Virus record (IMG/VR): IMGVR_UViG_3300020363_000101
Coordinates: 1 to 47,406 of that record
Strand: one strand, 5' to 3'
From: a virus
Lineage: Duplodnaviria > Caudoviricetes
Length of the DNA: 47,406 nt
A model generated the notes under the pieces. The model was not told where the DNA came from, did no database searches, and saw only the letters and a program-made list of their open reading frames with translations. Positions 36,717 through 47,405 of this stretch are shown here, one piece after another (position 1 is the stretch's first letter; each line of letters opens with the position of its first letter). A program made the position numbers and the translations under genes.

Positions 36717-37886
36717 TTATGATCCTGCACCGTACAACGTCTTCACAGTTGAACCGGCAGCATTAATTATTAATAATGATACTTCGTCTTTTAGTTTTGC
36801 TCTCGATACTGCATCGTTAGCCAAATCAGCTTCAGCAATAATAGATGAAGCAACCGTTGTTGCAATACTTACCGAACCTAGGTTTGTCATTGTAGCAGAA
36901 CCTGTTACATCACCAGTTAGTGTGATTGTTGGATCATTCACATCAAAGTCAAGTGTATTATCACTTGCTTGATATGTAACATTAATACCAGACTCAGTAT
37001 TTGAGCTAACCATACCGCCAACAGCAACACCAATAGTTGAATCTAATGTTACACCACCAACTGTAATCGCATCGGCTTCAAGTGTACCATTTACATCAAC
37101 GTTACCCTCAATGTCTAAGCTATCGGCAGTTACTGCACCTGTTACATTAATACTATCTACAAAAGCATCTTTAAAGCGAACCCCTGTCGTACCTAAGTCA
37201 ACATCACTATCTGTTACAGGTTGTAATACGCCATCTACTAATTTTACTTGGTCTGCACCACCAGCTCTAAAAATAATATTATTATCGGTAGCAAAATCTA
37301 TATCGTTATCAGCATCTCTACCAATAACTAAAGCTGCATTTGTAAGAGATGTTATTGATGTTTGAGCAGCAGCTAAAACAAAATCTAATGTATTATCTGA
37401 ATCGTCATAAGTTACTGCAATACCTGTTTCAGTATTCGAACCAACCATTGCTCCAACAGTATCTGATATTGTTTCAGCAATAGTAACACCATTTACAGTG
37501 ATTGCATCAGCTTCTAATGTACCATCTACATCTACGTCAGCAGAAAAATCTACTTGAGGTGCTGTAATCTTAAGATTACCAGTACCAACATCTTTAATAT
37601 AAGAATGTGAACCATCATGATAAATCTCGAGATCATTACCAGTACCTAGTTTAATTTTAGCATTATCAGCCCAATCTAAGTCACCGGTCATTTCAACACC
37701 ACCAGATAGTGTTATACTACCTGCAACAATACCTTGGTGAGCTTTTAGAGCACCAACAATAGTAGTTGCACCAATATCACTATTGGTGACTTCGTCTAAA
37801 TCACCTATCTTTGTACCAAGCTCGTTGGTCTTTGTTCTCCATTGTTCAAAGGTGTTTGCCGTTGTTACGTTAACTGTATTTGCCAT
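36717..37886 (-). CDS. Tail fibre-like virion protein
   Basis: N-terminal NTFEQWRTKTN, GTGNDLEIYHDG module, two copies of GTLEADAITV...SNTE.GI.VTY..SDNTLDF, C-terminal LLIINAAG. Confidence 0.75.
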   Translation of the reverse strand: MANTVNVTTANTFEQWRTKTNELGTKIGDLDEVTNSDIGATTIVGALKAHQGIVAGSITLSGGVEMTGDLDWADNAKIKLGTGNDLEIYHDGSHSYIKDVGTGNLKITAPQVDFSADVDVDGTLEADAITVNGVTIAETISDTVGAMVGSNTETGIAVTYDDSDNTLDFVLAAAQTSITSLTNAALVIGRDADNDIDFATDNNIIFRAGGADQVKLVDGVLQPVTDSDVDLGTTGVRFKDAFVDSINVTGAVTADSLDIEGNVDVNGTLEADAITVGGVTLDSTIGVAVGGMVSSNTESGINVTYQASDNTLDFDVNDPTITLTGDVTGSATMTNLGSVSIATTVASSIIAEADLANDAVSRAKLKDEVSLLIINAAGSTVKTLYGAGS

Positions 37887-37887
37887 A

Positions 37888-38082
37888 TTATCTCTCTATT
37901 AATTGTTTAAGCATATCTTTAATTTCTGATACGTCTTGTTCTACTTTATTCAACCGCTCTGCATCAGCTTTTATTCGAGCTCGATTAGCAGAATATTCTT
38001 GTCCACCGCTTGCCATATTTATAACAGCACCTGATCTTGTATCTCTTACTAAACCTGCGTGGCCTTGAATAGGTACTTTCAT
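37888..38082 (-). CDS. Small hypothetical protein with a coiled-coil C-terminus
   Basis: ATG at 38082 TAATG-coupled to the upstream gene; LVRDTRSGAVIN...VSEIKDMLKQL. Confidence 0.65.
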   Translation of the reverse strand: MKVPIQGHAGLVRDTRSGAVINMASGGQEYSANRARIKADAERLNKVEQDVSEIKDMLKQLIER

Positions 38083-41000
38083 TATACCCTCAATGCGATT
38101 ATACGAAGATCTTGACACTTCGGTATAAAGCTTGTGCCTGTAGATCTCATTACAATCTTCACAGCAAATATAGTAAAGTTAGCAGCAGGAGTAATCTCCC
38201 ATTGTGTCTCATCAAATGTAGTACCATCTGAGTATGCAACTTGGCCATTGTTTGTACTTGGTGTTGCCGCTACCCATGAACCATCATCAAATGTTCCAGC
38301 AGTGTTACCTACTTTATAATATAAATCAACAAACGTATTGCTTGGTCGATTTACATCTAAATATATCTTTAATGTGTCAGATGTCTCATTTAACTCAACA
38401 GTCTTTGTTACATACTTGGCTAAGTTAGATCCTTTGCTTGCATCTGTCTCTGCAACCGCAGTACTATTATCAATACGATTTGATACAGTAATGAGTGAAG
38501 CTCTTCCCATATCAAGCACTGGAGATAAGTAAGCATCGGTAGAAGCAAATGAACCTGTAAGTTCTACAGTATGAGTTGTACCTGGCTTAATAACCTTTGG
38601 TGTTCCTGGAGTATAGTCTTGGTTTGCAACAATTGCAGATGCAGTTGAACCAATCGATGTACCATTACCCACAGCTGTATCTTTAATTGTCCATGTTTGT
38701 GTAGTAGTAGGTAATACAAGATTTTGTAATACCGACTTCATAGTATCCCATGCTAAACCTTGTGTTGCAGAACATGCCGAACCACCACCGTTACCAGCAG
38801 TAATTGCGTTAGCGTGATCAGCGGCCGCAACTGTAATTGTATAACTATCTCTTGCAATTGCAGTAATTGTATGTGCTTTATTTAACTCAGCCGCAGTATA
38901 ACCATTCGTCGCAGCAAAACCTGCAAGAGTAACTGAATCACCAGCTGAATGACCATGGTCACGATGAGCTACGGTAATAATATTATCTTGCGAAGCAGTG
39001 TTTGCTACAGTAGTTAATGGATCTGTAACTAATGCTCTTGAAGGTAACTCAGAGTTTCTTAATACTGCCGAACGAGTTTGTGAAATATCAAAGTTTGCAC
39101 GATGTAGTGTAAACATCAAGTCTTTGTTTTGATCTGCTGTCCATGTTGAAGCATTTTGTGATTTAAATAATACACCAGCGTATGGCTGTTGTGATATTCT
39201 ATTACCATTTTGATCTTCATCACCAATCTGACCATAACGTACATTATACTTGTTCGAGTTAGATATAACAGTAATTGCATATTCAAAACCATCTTGTAGA
39301 TACACAGGTGATTCAAATGTGAACGTTGTTGCAGTACCATCAATATTAACAGAACCTGGATTAACTGTTACATCAGCAAATGGTACAACTTTCTGAGTTG
39401 GGAATCCATTTACCATTTCACGTATTTGTACTTGTACAGGTATCGCAGCATCTTTTGTAGTAAAGTAAAGATCTACTTTAGTAGCAAATGCAGCTTTATC
39501 AAGTAATATTGATTGTGCTAATGGATCACCCCATGTAACTCTTTGTATAACTCTATCAGCACTTACTGACTCACTTGCTTCTCTTCTTACAAGCACTGGA
39601 GTACGTGTTGAAACAATAACATTCTCTCTTGTTTCAATTAATCCAGTAGCATTATACATTGCTGTAGCTGATGTTTCAGTTAACTCATCGTTATTTGCAG
39701 AGTTTGAAGTAAGTTTAAATTCTTTCTCACCTGTTTGGAAATTAAGTGAAGAGTTATTTGGTATAAGGAATGTACCCGATACCGCACCGTTTGCATCAGT
39801 TGTTAATGCTCCTGCACCACCTGGGTGAGCAGTTTGTGTATTAATACCAACTAAAGGTTCAAATGTATGGCTTCCCTCTTTAACATAGTCTGCAACAGAA
39901 ACACCATCAAAGAATGCATATACTGTCATTCCAGGCTTCATACGAGTTGCTTCGAATGTAACTAATCTTGTTCTCATGAATGGAACAAAGTTAACCTCTA
40001 CTATTCTATCACCAACACTAAACCTTGATGTTTGAACTTCAATAGATTGTGTAACACCGGTTCTTGTAGATGTTCCAGTTTCAATAAGTCTAGATGCATT
40101 ATTACCATCTACCCAACGTCTTCCAGTCCAGTTAGTTGACCATTCACCCCATACAGTACCTACCTGAGGCTCAAGGTTTGACATCATCGCATCGAATTCA
40201 TTGTCGTTATTGATTACAACCTCTGGTCTTCTATCAACATCTCTCCATTCATCAGTAGAAGGAGTAAGCTTAATAGAACCAGTCCAGTTAAATACATCAT
40301 ATGGATTAACATTAATTGTACCAGAATACTGGCCTTGTGTTATTAATGCAGAATGTGTATACGGTAATGTAACTAAGTCACCGGTCTTTGTAGTACTAGA
40401 TGAAGAGTGATGTGCTAACGCAGCATTACCTTGTGCAAATCCAGGGCGTAGTTCGCGAGTGAGCATATCTATTGAAGCTCTATATTCAGCAGAATCTACT
40501 CTTGATACACGTGAGTTTGCAAATGAATCAACTAAGTAACCAGATTTCCATCTTGGATTATTATCTGTATCTAATATTTGCTTATTCTGTGCTTCAGATT
40601 CTAGGAATGAAAGAACAGAATAGTATTCTATTTGTCCAATACGCTTATCAATACGACCAATATCACGCATCGTATATCTACGGTTATCAATAAATTTAAC
40701 AGTTACTTCATCTGCAGTTAATGTATATGCAGGAATATTAAGTGTATATAAATGCATTGCATCATTTGGAATGTCTGGCTCTTCAGCATAACGCGCTGGA
40801 ACACCTGGAGCAATACCAAATACACCTTTAGAATTTAAGAATACTTTGTCAATCCTTGGTAAGTAGAACTGAATATCAGTTTCGAATTGAGTAAATCTTG
40901 AAGGAGCAACCGCTGTAATAGCACCTGTACCAGTAAAGTTACCACCAGCATTACTTACACGTGGTCTAAAGTCAACAGCAGATCTTAATTCTATTCCACT

Positions 41001-43058
41001 TTGCTTAGGAATATCTTCGTAATCAATTTGACCAGTATATGAATCAACTGTAAAGAAGTCACCAGCTGTATGTGAGAAGTACTTATATGTTACAGTAAGT
41101 GCTACCGCTGCAGTGTAATTAGATGTTGTTTTCTTCTTAATACGACCAAGATCATAGTAATCATCTCTTTGTCCGTTATCTAATTCAAAGTGAGTAGTAA
41201 CATTAGCACCGCCAGAAGTTTCTGTAACAGATACTAAAGTATGAACATCCGCATGGCCAAGTGCTTGACCAGTACCAGTAAAGTCTGTACCTGCATTAAA
41301 GTTTACAGCAGTGTTTCCACTTAATGTTTTAGTTTTATGATTAGCAGTTCTTATAAATGGTGCAATCAATCTTACAGTATCACCATTAGCAGATGATGGT
41401 AAGTTAGCAATCGTAGCAGTTAAGCTATCACCTGATATAGTAATATCACCTGGAACAACTTCTTCACCACCAACCGTTGAATCAGTATCGTTAATTAGAA
41501 TCCAGTTTGTATTTGTACCTTTTGTACCGAATACCTCATTAGCAACACTTGTTGTAAATGATACTGAACCACCAGATACTACACCGTTTGCAGCAATAAT
41601 TCTGTTTGTTTCGAAGCGATAGTTAAAGTCAGGAGTACCACCACCAACTACACTATCACATGTTTTAATTCTGTCATATGGTAATTTAAATATTAAACTA
41701 TCTGGGCCAAGGTTAAATACATTAACACTAGATGTTTGTGCAATTTGAGCAGCGAACGCTGCACCAGGAGTTGTACCATCTTTATCATCTAATTGAGTTG
41801 CACCTGTCATTGTACCAGTAAAGTCAAAGATATGTAATCTAAATCTTGATGCTGTACTTGCACCATTACCACTTACACGTTCGATTGAACGAACACGACA
41901 TGTACCAACCTCTGTACCACCACTATTCTCAATAGAGACTCTACCGAATGTAGTAATATCAGGAACACCAACCATGTTATCAACTTCAATAAAGTTATTA
42001 TGGCTAATCTCTGTAACTTTATCTGTTACCTTTTCTGTTGTTCTTGCTTTATCGAAGTGTACATTTGTTGTAGCTAATGTCTCTATCTCATAACCTCTTA
42101 CATAAGCTTTCGAAGGCTCAACACCAAGAGTTAATTTAGTAGTATCAGATGCATGGTCTTTTACAAGTGCTTTAAATGGATTAACGTAGTAGTTACCTGA
42201 TTCATCAAATGTTCTACGTGCTAACTCATCAGCTAAAGCATTATAATCTGCAGTTGCAGCATTCTTTGTAATGTAACCATCTTCTAATCGAGCAATCAGA
42301 ACAAAGTTACCACTTGTTGCATTGACTGCTTGAGAAGATAATGCTGCTGTAATAGAATAACGATGTGCACCTGGAGCTGATTCGTTAGGTGTACCTGTAG
42401 CATTATCATTAAGAGATGAATCAGTACCTGAACTAACAAGAGCTTCTGTAACAAGTAATCCAATATCAAATGAAACGTTTGTTGAATATTTAGATAATAT
42501 AATTGTGCTTGCTTTAACTGTTACAAAGTGTTTCTTAATGTAATAGATACCATCTTCGATAGCTACAATTGAACCAAAGCCCGTAGCACCAGAAGCTTTT
42601 ACTTCAGCTGACTTACTGCCACTTGCTGTGATTGTCGCATTATCAGCAAACGTAGTACCAGATATATATTTAACAAATATAGTAATAGGATCTGATCCGG
42701 CCGCTAATACAGCATGAACAACCTTCGCTACATTAGTACCATCAGTAAATTCAGTACCAACTAATTCATCAACAGTATCACATGCTGAGTTAACAGAATC
42801 TAGTTTAACATAGTCAATTTTATTATGTAGATGTACTGCACCAGGAACAACAACTGAACCATCTTTAAATACATGAGTACCATGTGATGATATTTGATGT
42901 TGTAACTGTGTTTGTAGCTGAGTTAATTCTCGTGCTTGTACCGCCTTACCTGGACGAAATAGTATCCTTTGATATTGTTCCTTCGGGCTAAGTGTATTGC
43001 CCGATGCGACCGATTCAAAGTCGTCATAATATGGTTCTACGTTAAATGAAATTGCCAT
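38082..43058 (-). CDS. Large virion structural protein, VrlC/DUF4815-like
   Basis: FNVEPYYDDF, ILFRPGKAVQARELTQLQ, ELARRTFDESGNY, KAYVRGYE, NRRYTMRDIG, DPLAQS, LFKSQNASTW. Confidence 0.85.
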   Translation of the reverse strand: MAISFNVEPYYDDFESVASGNTLSPKEQYQRILFRPGKAVQARELTQLQTQLQHQISSHGTHVFKDGSVVVPGAVHLHNKIDYVKLDSVNSACDTVDELVGTEFTDGTNVAKVVHAVLAAGSDPITIFVKYISGTTFADNATITASGSKSAEVKASGATGFGSIVAIEDGIYYIKKHFVTVKASTIILSKYSTNVSFDIGLLVTEALVSSGTDSSLNDNATGTPNESAPGAHRYSITAALSSQAVNATSGNFVLIARLEDGYITKNAATADYNALADELARRTFDESGNYYVNPFKALVKDHASDTTKLTLGVEPSKAYVRGYEIETLATTNVHFDKARTTEKVTDKVTEISHNNFIEVDNMVGVPDITTFGRVSIENSGGTEVGTCRVRSIERVSGNGASTASRFRLHIFDFTGTMTGATQLDDKDGTTPGAAFAAQIAQTSSVNVFNLGPDSLIFKLPYDRIKTCDSVVGGGTPDFNYRFETNRIIAANGVVSGGSVSFTTSVANEVFGTKGTNTNWILINDTDSTVGGEEVVPGDITISGDSLTATIANLPSSANGDTVRLIAPFIRTANHKTKTLSGNTAVNFNAGTDFTGTGQALGHADVHTLVSVTETSGGANVTTHFELDNGQRDDYYDLGRIKKKTTSNYTAAVALTVTYKYFSHTAGDFFTVDSYTGQIDYEDIPKQSGIELRSAVDFRPRVSNAGGNFTGTGAITAVAPSRFTQFETDIQFYLPRIDKVFLNSKGVFGIAPGVPARYAEEPDIPNDAMHLYTLNIPAYTLTADEVTVKFIDNRRYTMRDIGRIDKRIGQIEYYSVLSFLESEAQNKQILDTDNNPRWKSGYLVDSFANSRVSRVDSAEYRASIDMLTRELRPGFAQGNAALAHHSSSSTTKTGDLVTLPYTHSALITQGQYSGTINVNPYDVFNWTGSIKLTPSTDEWRDVDRRPEVVINNDNEFDAMMSNLEPQVGTVWGEWSTNWTGRRWVDGNNASRLIETGTSTRTGVTQSIEVQTSRFSVGDRIVEVNFVPFMRTRLVTFEATRMKPGMTVYAFFDGVSVADYVKEGSHTFEPLVGINTQTAHPGGAGALTTDANGAVSGTFLIPNNSSLNFQTGEKEFKLTSNSANNDELTETSATAMYNATGLIETRENVIVSTRTPVLVRREASESVSADRVIQRVTWGDPLAQSILLDKAAFATKVDLYFTTKDAAIPVQVQIREMVNGFPTQKVVPFADVTVNPGSVNIDGTATTFTFESPVYLQDGFEYAITVISNSNKYNVRYGQIGDEDQNGNRISQQPYAGVLFKSQNASTWTADQNKDLMFTLHRANFDISQTRSAVLRNSELPSRALVTDPLTTVANTASQDNIITVAHRDHGHSAGDSVTLAGFAATNGYTAAELNKAHTITAIARDSYTITVAAADHANAITAGNGGGSACSATQGLAWDTMKSVLQNLVLPTTTQTWTIKDTAVGNGTSIGSTASAIVANQDYTPGTPKVIKPGTTHTVELTGSFASTDAYLSPVLDMGRASLITVSNRIDNSTAVAETDASKGSNLAKYVTKTVELNETSDTLKIYLDVNRPSNTFVDLYYKVGNTAGTFDDGSWVAATPSTNNGQVAYSDGTTFDETQWEITPAANFTIFAVKIVMRSTGTSFIPKCQDLRIIALRV

Positions 43059-43071
43059 GTTTCTATCCTAT

Positions 43072-44598
43072 TTAAAATGCGATTACTAATCTTATTGTTT
43101 CTACTTGTCCTGAGGCTCTAGTTGTTGCTGTTCTATTCTCTACAAACATTACATCACCTTGATGATGATTAATGAGAGGTGCACCTACCGCTGAGATTTG
43201 ATTACCAGCACCTGATGAACCAGTTGCACGAGTCAAATGTGAAGTAGTAAATGTACCGAACCCAGTAGATTCGTTTTGTATATAATGTAATACGCCGCTT
43301 GTGTTATTGTATTCTACAACGATACCTTTAGCACCAACCGTACCACCAGTGTGACCTTCAAATGCGAAGTCAGCAACATATGTAGATGCTAATCCAGTAG
43401 GGATTGTAACACTCTTACATGTATTGTATGCACTTGCTTCTGCAACTTGAGCGATTGTACCTGTGCTTGAACCAGTTATTGTTGTAGCGATTGCTTTAAA
43501 TACTTCACCAACAACTGGATTACCACTAGTAGAACCTGCGGTTGCCCAATTAGCATCAGTAGTATTTCCTATTGTTAAGATCTTATAAAAGTTACCAACA
43601 ACCATTGAGCCAGTAGCTGAGACTACCGCACTCTCATTTGCTTTCTCAATAGGGTTTTTAACAACTGCTATTTGTCTAAAGTCGTTTGAATCAGGAATTG
43701 CACCTGACTCATCGCCAGTAAATACTGTGTTAATCGTAACGTAATGTGCTCTCAAATCATTTGTAGGATCTGCTCCGAATCCACCAACTGGTCCAATCAC
43801 TGGTCTTATTGCACCGTTTGAACCTGAACCACCTGTTACAGTAACAGTAGCGTGAGTATAACCTGATCCAACGTTTGTCATTGTAATACCTGTGATAGCA
43901 CCACCAGATACTGTAGCCGTAGCCGTAGCACTTGATCCGTTACCTGAGATCGTTATTGTAGGTGCTGAAGTATATCCAGTTCCTGCATTTGTGATCTTCA
44001 TATTATAGATTGCACCATCAACGGCATTACCTTGTACTGCCCATTGATTAGTTAGTGCAGAGTCTGCGCCACCAGCCGGTGCTTCTTTAATATGTCTTAC
44101 TGGTATAAATGACGTTGTTAAAAATTTAGTTACATCAGCCGTTGGGACTGTATACATATATTTCCATATGTAACCGTCTGATCCACTGTGATTAATAACA
44201 CCAGATGTTTGAACACCTGTATCGTCTGGGTTAGTAGTAGAAGCTCCGCTTCCTGCCTTTAAGCACATGTATACATTGTTATTTGCTGAAATAACAAAAT
44301 ATGCTTTGCTTTCTATATTTGTATCTTGATCGTCATATTCTACATATGTTGTGCCAGAAACCCATAGTCTCCTTGTTGCACTATGAACAATGTCTGTACT
44401 TGCAATCTTCTTCATGGCAAACATGTTTTCCCATAAAGTATGCGATGTATAGTCATTTTCATATGGGGTTGTTGGGACAGAATCATCTGTCCATGCGTTT
44501 GGCCGTCCCAAGGCCATGTAGAATTGATTATCACTAAGACTATTTACGAACTTATTTGTTGTATCCAGTCTAAATTTACTTGTGATTATTGCTGCCAT
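43072..44598 (-). CDS. gp8: Baseplate wedge subunit, T4 gp8-like
   Basis: MAAIITSKFR, VYMCL, DGYIWKYMYT, FIPV, NDFRQI, C-terminal ENR...R...QVETIRLVIAF; position downstream of gp6. Confidence 0.82.
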   Translation of the reverse strand: MAAIITSKFRLDTTNKFVNSLSDNQFYMALGRPNAWTDDSVPTTPYENDYTSHTLWENMFAMKKIASTDIVHSATRRLWVSGTTYVEYDDQDTNIESKAYFVISANNNVYMCLKAGSGASTTNPDDTGVQTSGVINHSGSDGYIWKYMYTVPTADVTKFLTTSFIPVRHIKEAPAGGADSALTNQWAVQGNAVDGAIYNMKITNAGTGYTSAPTITISGNGSSATATATVSGGAITGITMTNVGSGYTHATVTVTGGSGSNGAIRPVIGPVGGFGADPTNDLRAHYVTINTVFTGDESGAIPDSNDFRQIAVVKNPIEKANESAVVSATGSMVVGNFYKILTIGNTTDANWATAGSTSGNPVVGEVFKAIATTITGSSTGTIAQVAEASAYNTCKSVTIPTGLASTYVADFAFEGHTGGTVGAKGIVVEYNNTSGVLHYIQNESTGFGTFTTSHLTRATGSSGAGNQISAVGAPLINHHQGDVMFVENRTATTRASGQVETIRLVIAF

Positions 44599-44613
44599 GT
44601 CTATTCCTTTGTT

Positions 44614-45789
44614 TTATGAAATAACGAGTGAACTAGCTCCACCCATTCCGAATTGTGTACTTATATTGTTATTTATAACGTCTTGCATTGTCCAATGAGC
44701 TAAATCTGAGTTTGGACCTAAATAGTCAAACTTTTTATTATCCCAATGGTTTTGCATACCTATCTTAGTTAACTCTGAACTTCCGTTATCAAAGTGGGTA
44801 TACGATTTCTCTAATGTGTGCGAGTTGAAACTTGCTGGTCCAACTTGGAATGCACCTATATTAAAATTAATTTCACCAGCTGTTTCTAGCCAACCATATT
44901 GTGCTTGGTCATTTGTAGATGTAAGAAGCTTCACTAAGATAGCAATCTCACCAAAGAACTTAAATCCTGCTGGGTGAACTAATCTTGTAAATGCATTCTT
45001 CCAATCAGCTACATTCTTACCAGTTCTTAATACATATGAGAACTGCTGATAATAATAAGAGTCTTGTAAAAACTTTTTATCTGATAAGAATCCATCAGCA
45101 TTTGTAAACAAACCCTTTGGATATGTTCTTACAACATCGCCGTTTGATAATGCACTTGTAAATGTTAACCTATATTTTGTAGTAGTATCTGAATATACTT
45201 CTTCAGTATAATCTGTACCTGGTGTCTGATATGAGTTATTAACAAATACAACATGGTCATCTAAAAATATAGGATTATTATCATCATTGTTTCCACTTAC
45301 TACAGTAGGTGTACCAGATATTGTAATTGTATTTGCTGGTGTAAATGCAGTTCTATCGGCTTGAATTTGTGCTGCTTGATCTGTCCAGTTTCCATCAGAT
45401 GGATTAAGTATATCTACAAATGGAAAATATGTTTCTACTTCATCATCATAGATCATTCTAAAGAATGATGTAATTGATTCAGGTGTACCACGTGACTTAT
45501 AGAATTCAACAAGCCTCTTATAAAATGCTCTTGGATCTGTAGCAAAATCTCTTGGTACTGCAATACCAATTTCATTCTGCAACTCAGTAAGTAGATTATC
45601 TTCTACATGATCGATATCTCTTTGTATATCTAATGAGTTAAGATAGAACCCAGATTTATTTTGACGCTCTAAATATAGTGCATATGTTTTAAGAAAGTTA
45701 ACTAGATCAGGATACGAAGACTCGACGTGATCAGGTACTAACTCATCTATATATGACGATATATTATATTTTCCAAGACCGTGTGCCAT
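44614..45789 (-). CDS. Baseplate wedge subunit, short gp7-like
   Basis: FYKSRGTPESITSFFRMIYD, LQDSYYYQQFSYV, LVHPAGFKFFGE; lies between gp6 and gp8. Confidence 0.72.
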   Translation of the reverse strand: MAHGLGKYNISSYIDELVPDHVESSYPDLVNFLKTYALYLERQNKSGFYLNSLDIQRDIDHVEDNLLTELQNEIGIAVPRDFATDPRAFYKRLVEFYKSRGTPESITSFFRMIYDDEVETYFPFVDILNPSDGNWTDQAAQIQADRTAFTPANTITISGTPTVVSGNNDDNNPIFLDDHVVFVNNSYQTPGTDYTEEVYSDTTTKYRLTFTSALSNGDVVRTYPKGLFTNADGFLSDKKFLQDSYYYQQFSYVLRTGKNVADWKNAFTRLVHPAGFKFFGEIAILVKLLTSTNDQAQYGWLETAGEINFNIGAFQVGPASFNSHTLEKSYTHFDNGSSELTKIGMQNHWDNKKFDYLGPNSDLAHWTMQDVINNNISTQFGMGGASSLVIS

Positions 45790-47405
45790 TAGTTAGCTAC
45801 CGTTGTGTAATCAATACCAGCAGTTGTACCGCCAGTTGCCATTGTATCTACTTCACCTGAAATGATAGCAGTTGATGTATTTATCGTTAATAATTCATTC
45901 CTTGTTGGTGATACGTCATTAGATGCCGGCTTCACCGTAACATCAATTGTAGTTGAACCAGTAGGTAATGCAGTTGGATTAAATGAGTTAAGAGTTACTG
46001 TTCCTTCCTCTTCATTTACATCACCAACACTAGCTAATTGTACTATACCACCAGTATTTACAATTTGAACAATACGTGTATCACTTGATGAATCATAAAA
46101 ATCTTTTAGTTTACAGTCTTCGCCATTAAATGTAAATACAGTTGATGTAATAAAAGAACCTAAAGACGATGTTGAACCATCTAAATCAGTTAATGCTTGA
46201 TTAAACTTAAGTGTATATTTAGTTGCTGTTCCAAGAGTAGGTGTAATCTTCTTTGTCATTTTCACACGAGTGATATTAGATATGATAGCAACATTAGTAT
46301 CATCAATAAGTTTACCAACGTTTGAATCTCTGTAAACTCCGTTAAAGCTCTTAAGTGTATCGTTATTATATGACACGAGTGTATTCCTTATTGATGTAGC
46401 CAAACCGCTTGCAGTTACTGTAGCTTTGTTAGGATTATATTTAAAATAAACTTCTAAATCAATATATGTATAATCAGGATCAACAAGCACTGGAGTGATA
46501 CTTACAACATTCTTTGGTTTAAGAATATTTGTTTTAATTGTTGTCTTCTGTGCTTCAGTAAGTACTTCACCCGATAATGGTTTAATCGATACATAAACCT
46601 TACCATAATCTGGTACATCATTATCTTCACCGCCCCATACAGCAACAGCTTCTAAATCAGCAAATTCGTTTTTAATAATTGATTTATAATCATCAGGTGT
46701 TACAGCTCTGTTCTGTGATATATGAGCAAGAGGTGCATTAAACTTAATTGCTTCTTTACTTTCTCTTGCGGCACCACCAGTAGCTTTAGTTACAAGTGTG
46801 ACAGTCTCATCAGTATTACCATTAAGCGAATCAGTCATAGTAAATACAGTAGCACCATTCACATCTGTTCCTGATGGAATTGTAGCATATTCGATTGTTA
46901 TTGTATTACCATTACCTGGTCTCTTACCAATAATGTTATCACCAAATTTTACTTCATAATATCCATCTCTTCCTTCTTCTAAGAAATATACTTCTGATGT
47001 ACCGTCTAATGTAACCATGTTTGTATTTAAAGCATAAACTTTAGATGCATCTGTTGCACTTGAATCTGTAACAGTAACTTTAATTGAAGCTGTGTTTACA
47101 TTATTAGCAGGAATAATATATGATTCGAATGTATTATTTTGATATGTGTAATTAATACTTGCTAATGTTCCTTGTTCTATTTTAATATTAGAGAACTTCC
47201 AACCATCGGTTTCATTATAGTTAATCGTTGTAGTATCAGAAGCAAACATTGGATATGTTACACCATCAATAGTTGTAGAAAATTTAGTACCTCTAGTCAT
47301 AGTTAATGGTAATGGTACATTGTTTCCATCGTGATTCCAGAAAGGTGTAGCAGTTCCTTTTGCCATAGTCATATCAATATAAGCAACAGATGGAGCAATA
47401 GATCT
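45789..47405 (-). CDS. gp6: Baseplate wedge subunit gp6, 5'-truncated by the window edge
   Basis: YEVKFGDNIIG, GGAARES..AIKFNAP, QNRAVTPDDY, VWGGED...YGKVYVSIKP. The frame stays open to the window end (RSIAPSVAYID). Confidence 0.92.
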   Translation of the reverse strand, partial: RSIAPSVAYIDMTMAKGTATPFWNHDGNNVPLPLTMTRGTKFSTTIDGVTYPMFASDTTTINYNETDGWKFSNIKIEQGTLASINYTYQNNTFESYIIPANNVNTASIKVTVTDSSATDASKVYALNTNMVTLDGTSEVYFLEEGRDGYYEVKFGDNIIGKRPGNGNTITIEYATIPSGTDVNGATVFTMTDSLNGNTDETVTLVTKATGGAARESKEAIKFNAPLAHISQNRAVTPDDYKSIIKNEFADLEAVAVWGGEDNDVPDYGKVYVSIKPLSGEVLTEAQKTTIKTNILKPKNVVSITPVLVDPDYTYIDLEVYFKYNPNKATVTASGLATSIRNTLVSYNNDTLKSFNGVYRDSNVGKLIDDTNVAIISNITRVKMTKKITPTLGTATKYTLKFNQALTDLDGSTSSLGSFITSTVFTFNGEDCKLKDFYDSSSDTRIVQIVNTGGIVQLASVGDVNEEEGTVTLNSFNPTALPTGSTTIDVTVKPASNDVSPTRNELLTINTSTAIISGEVDTMATGGTTAGIDYTTVAN

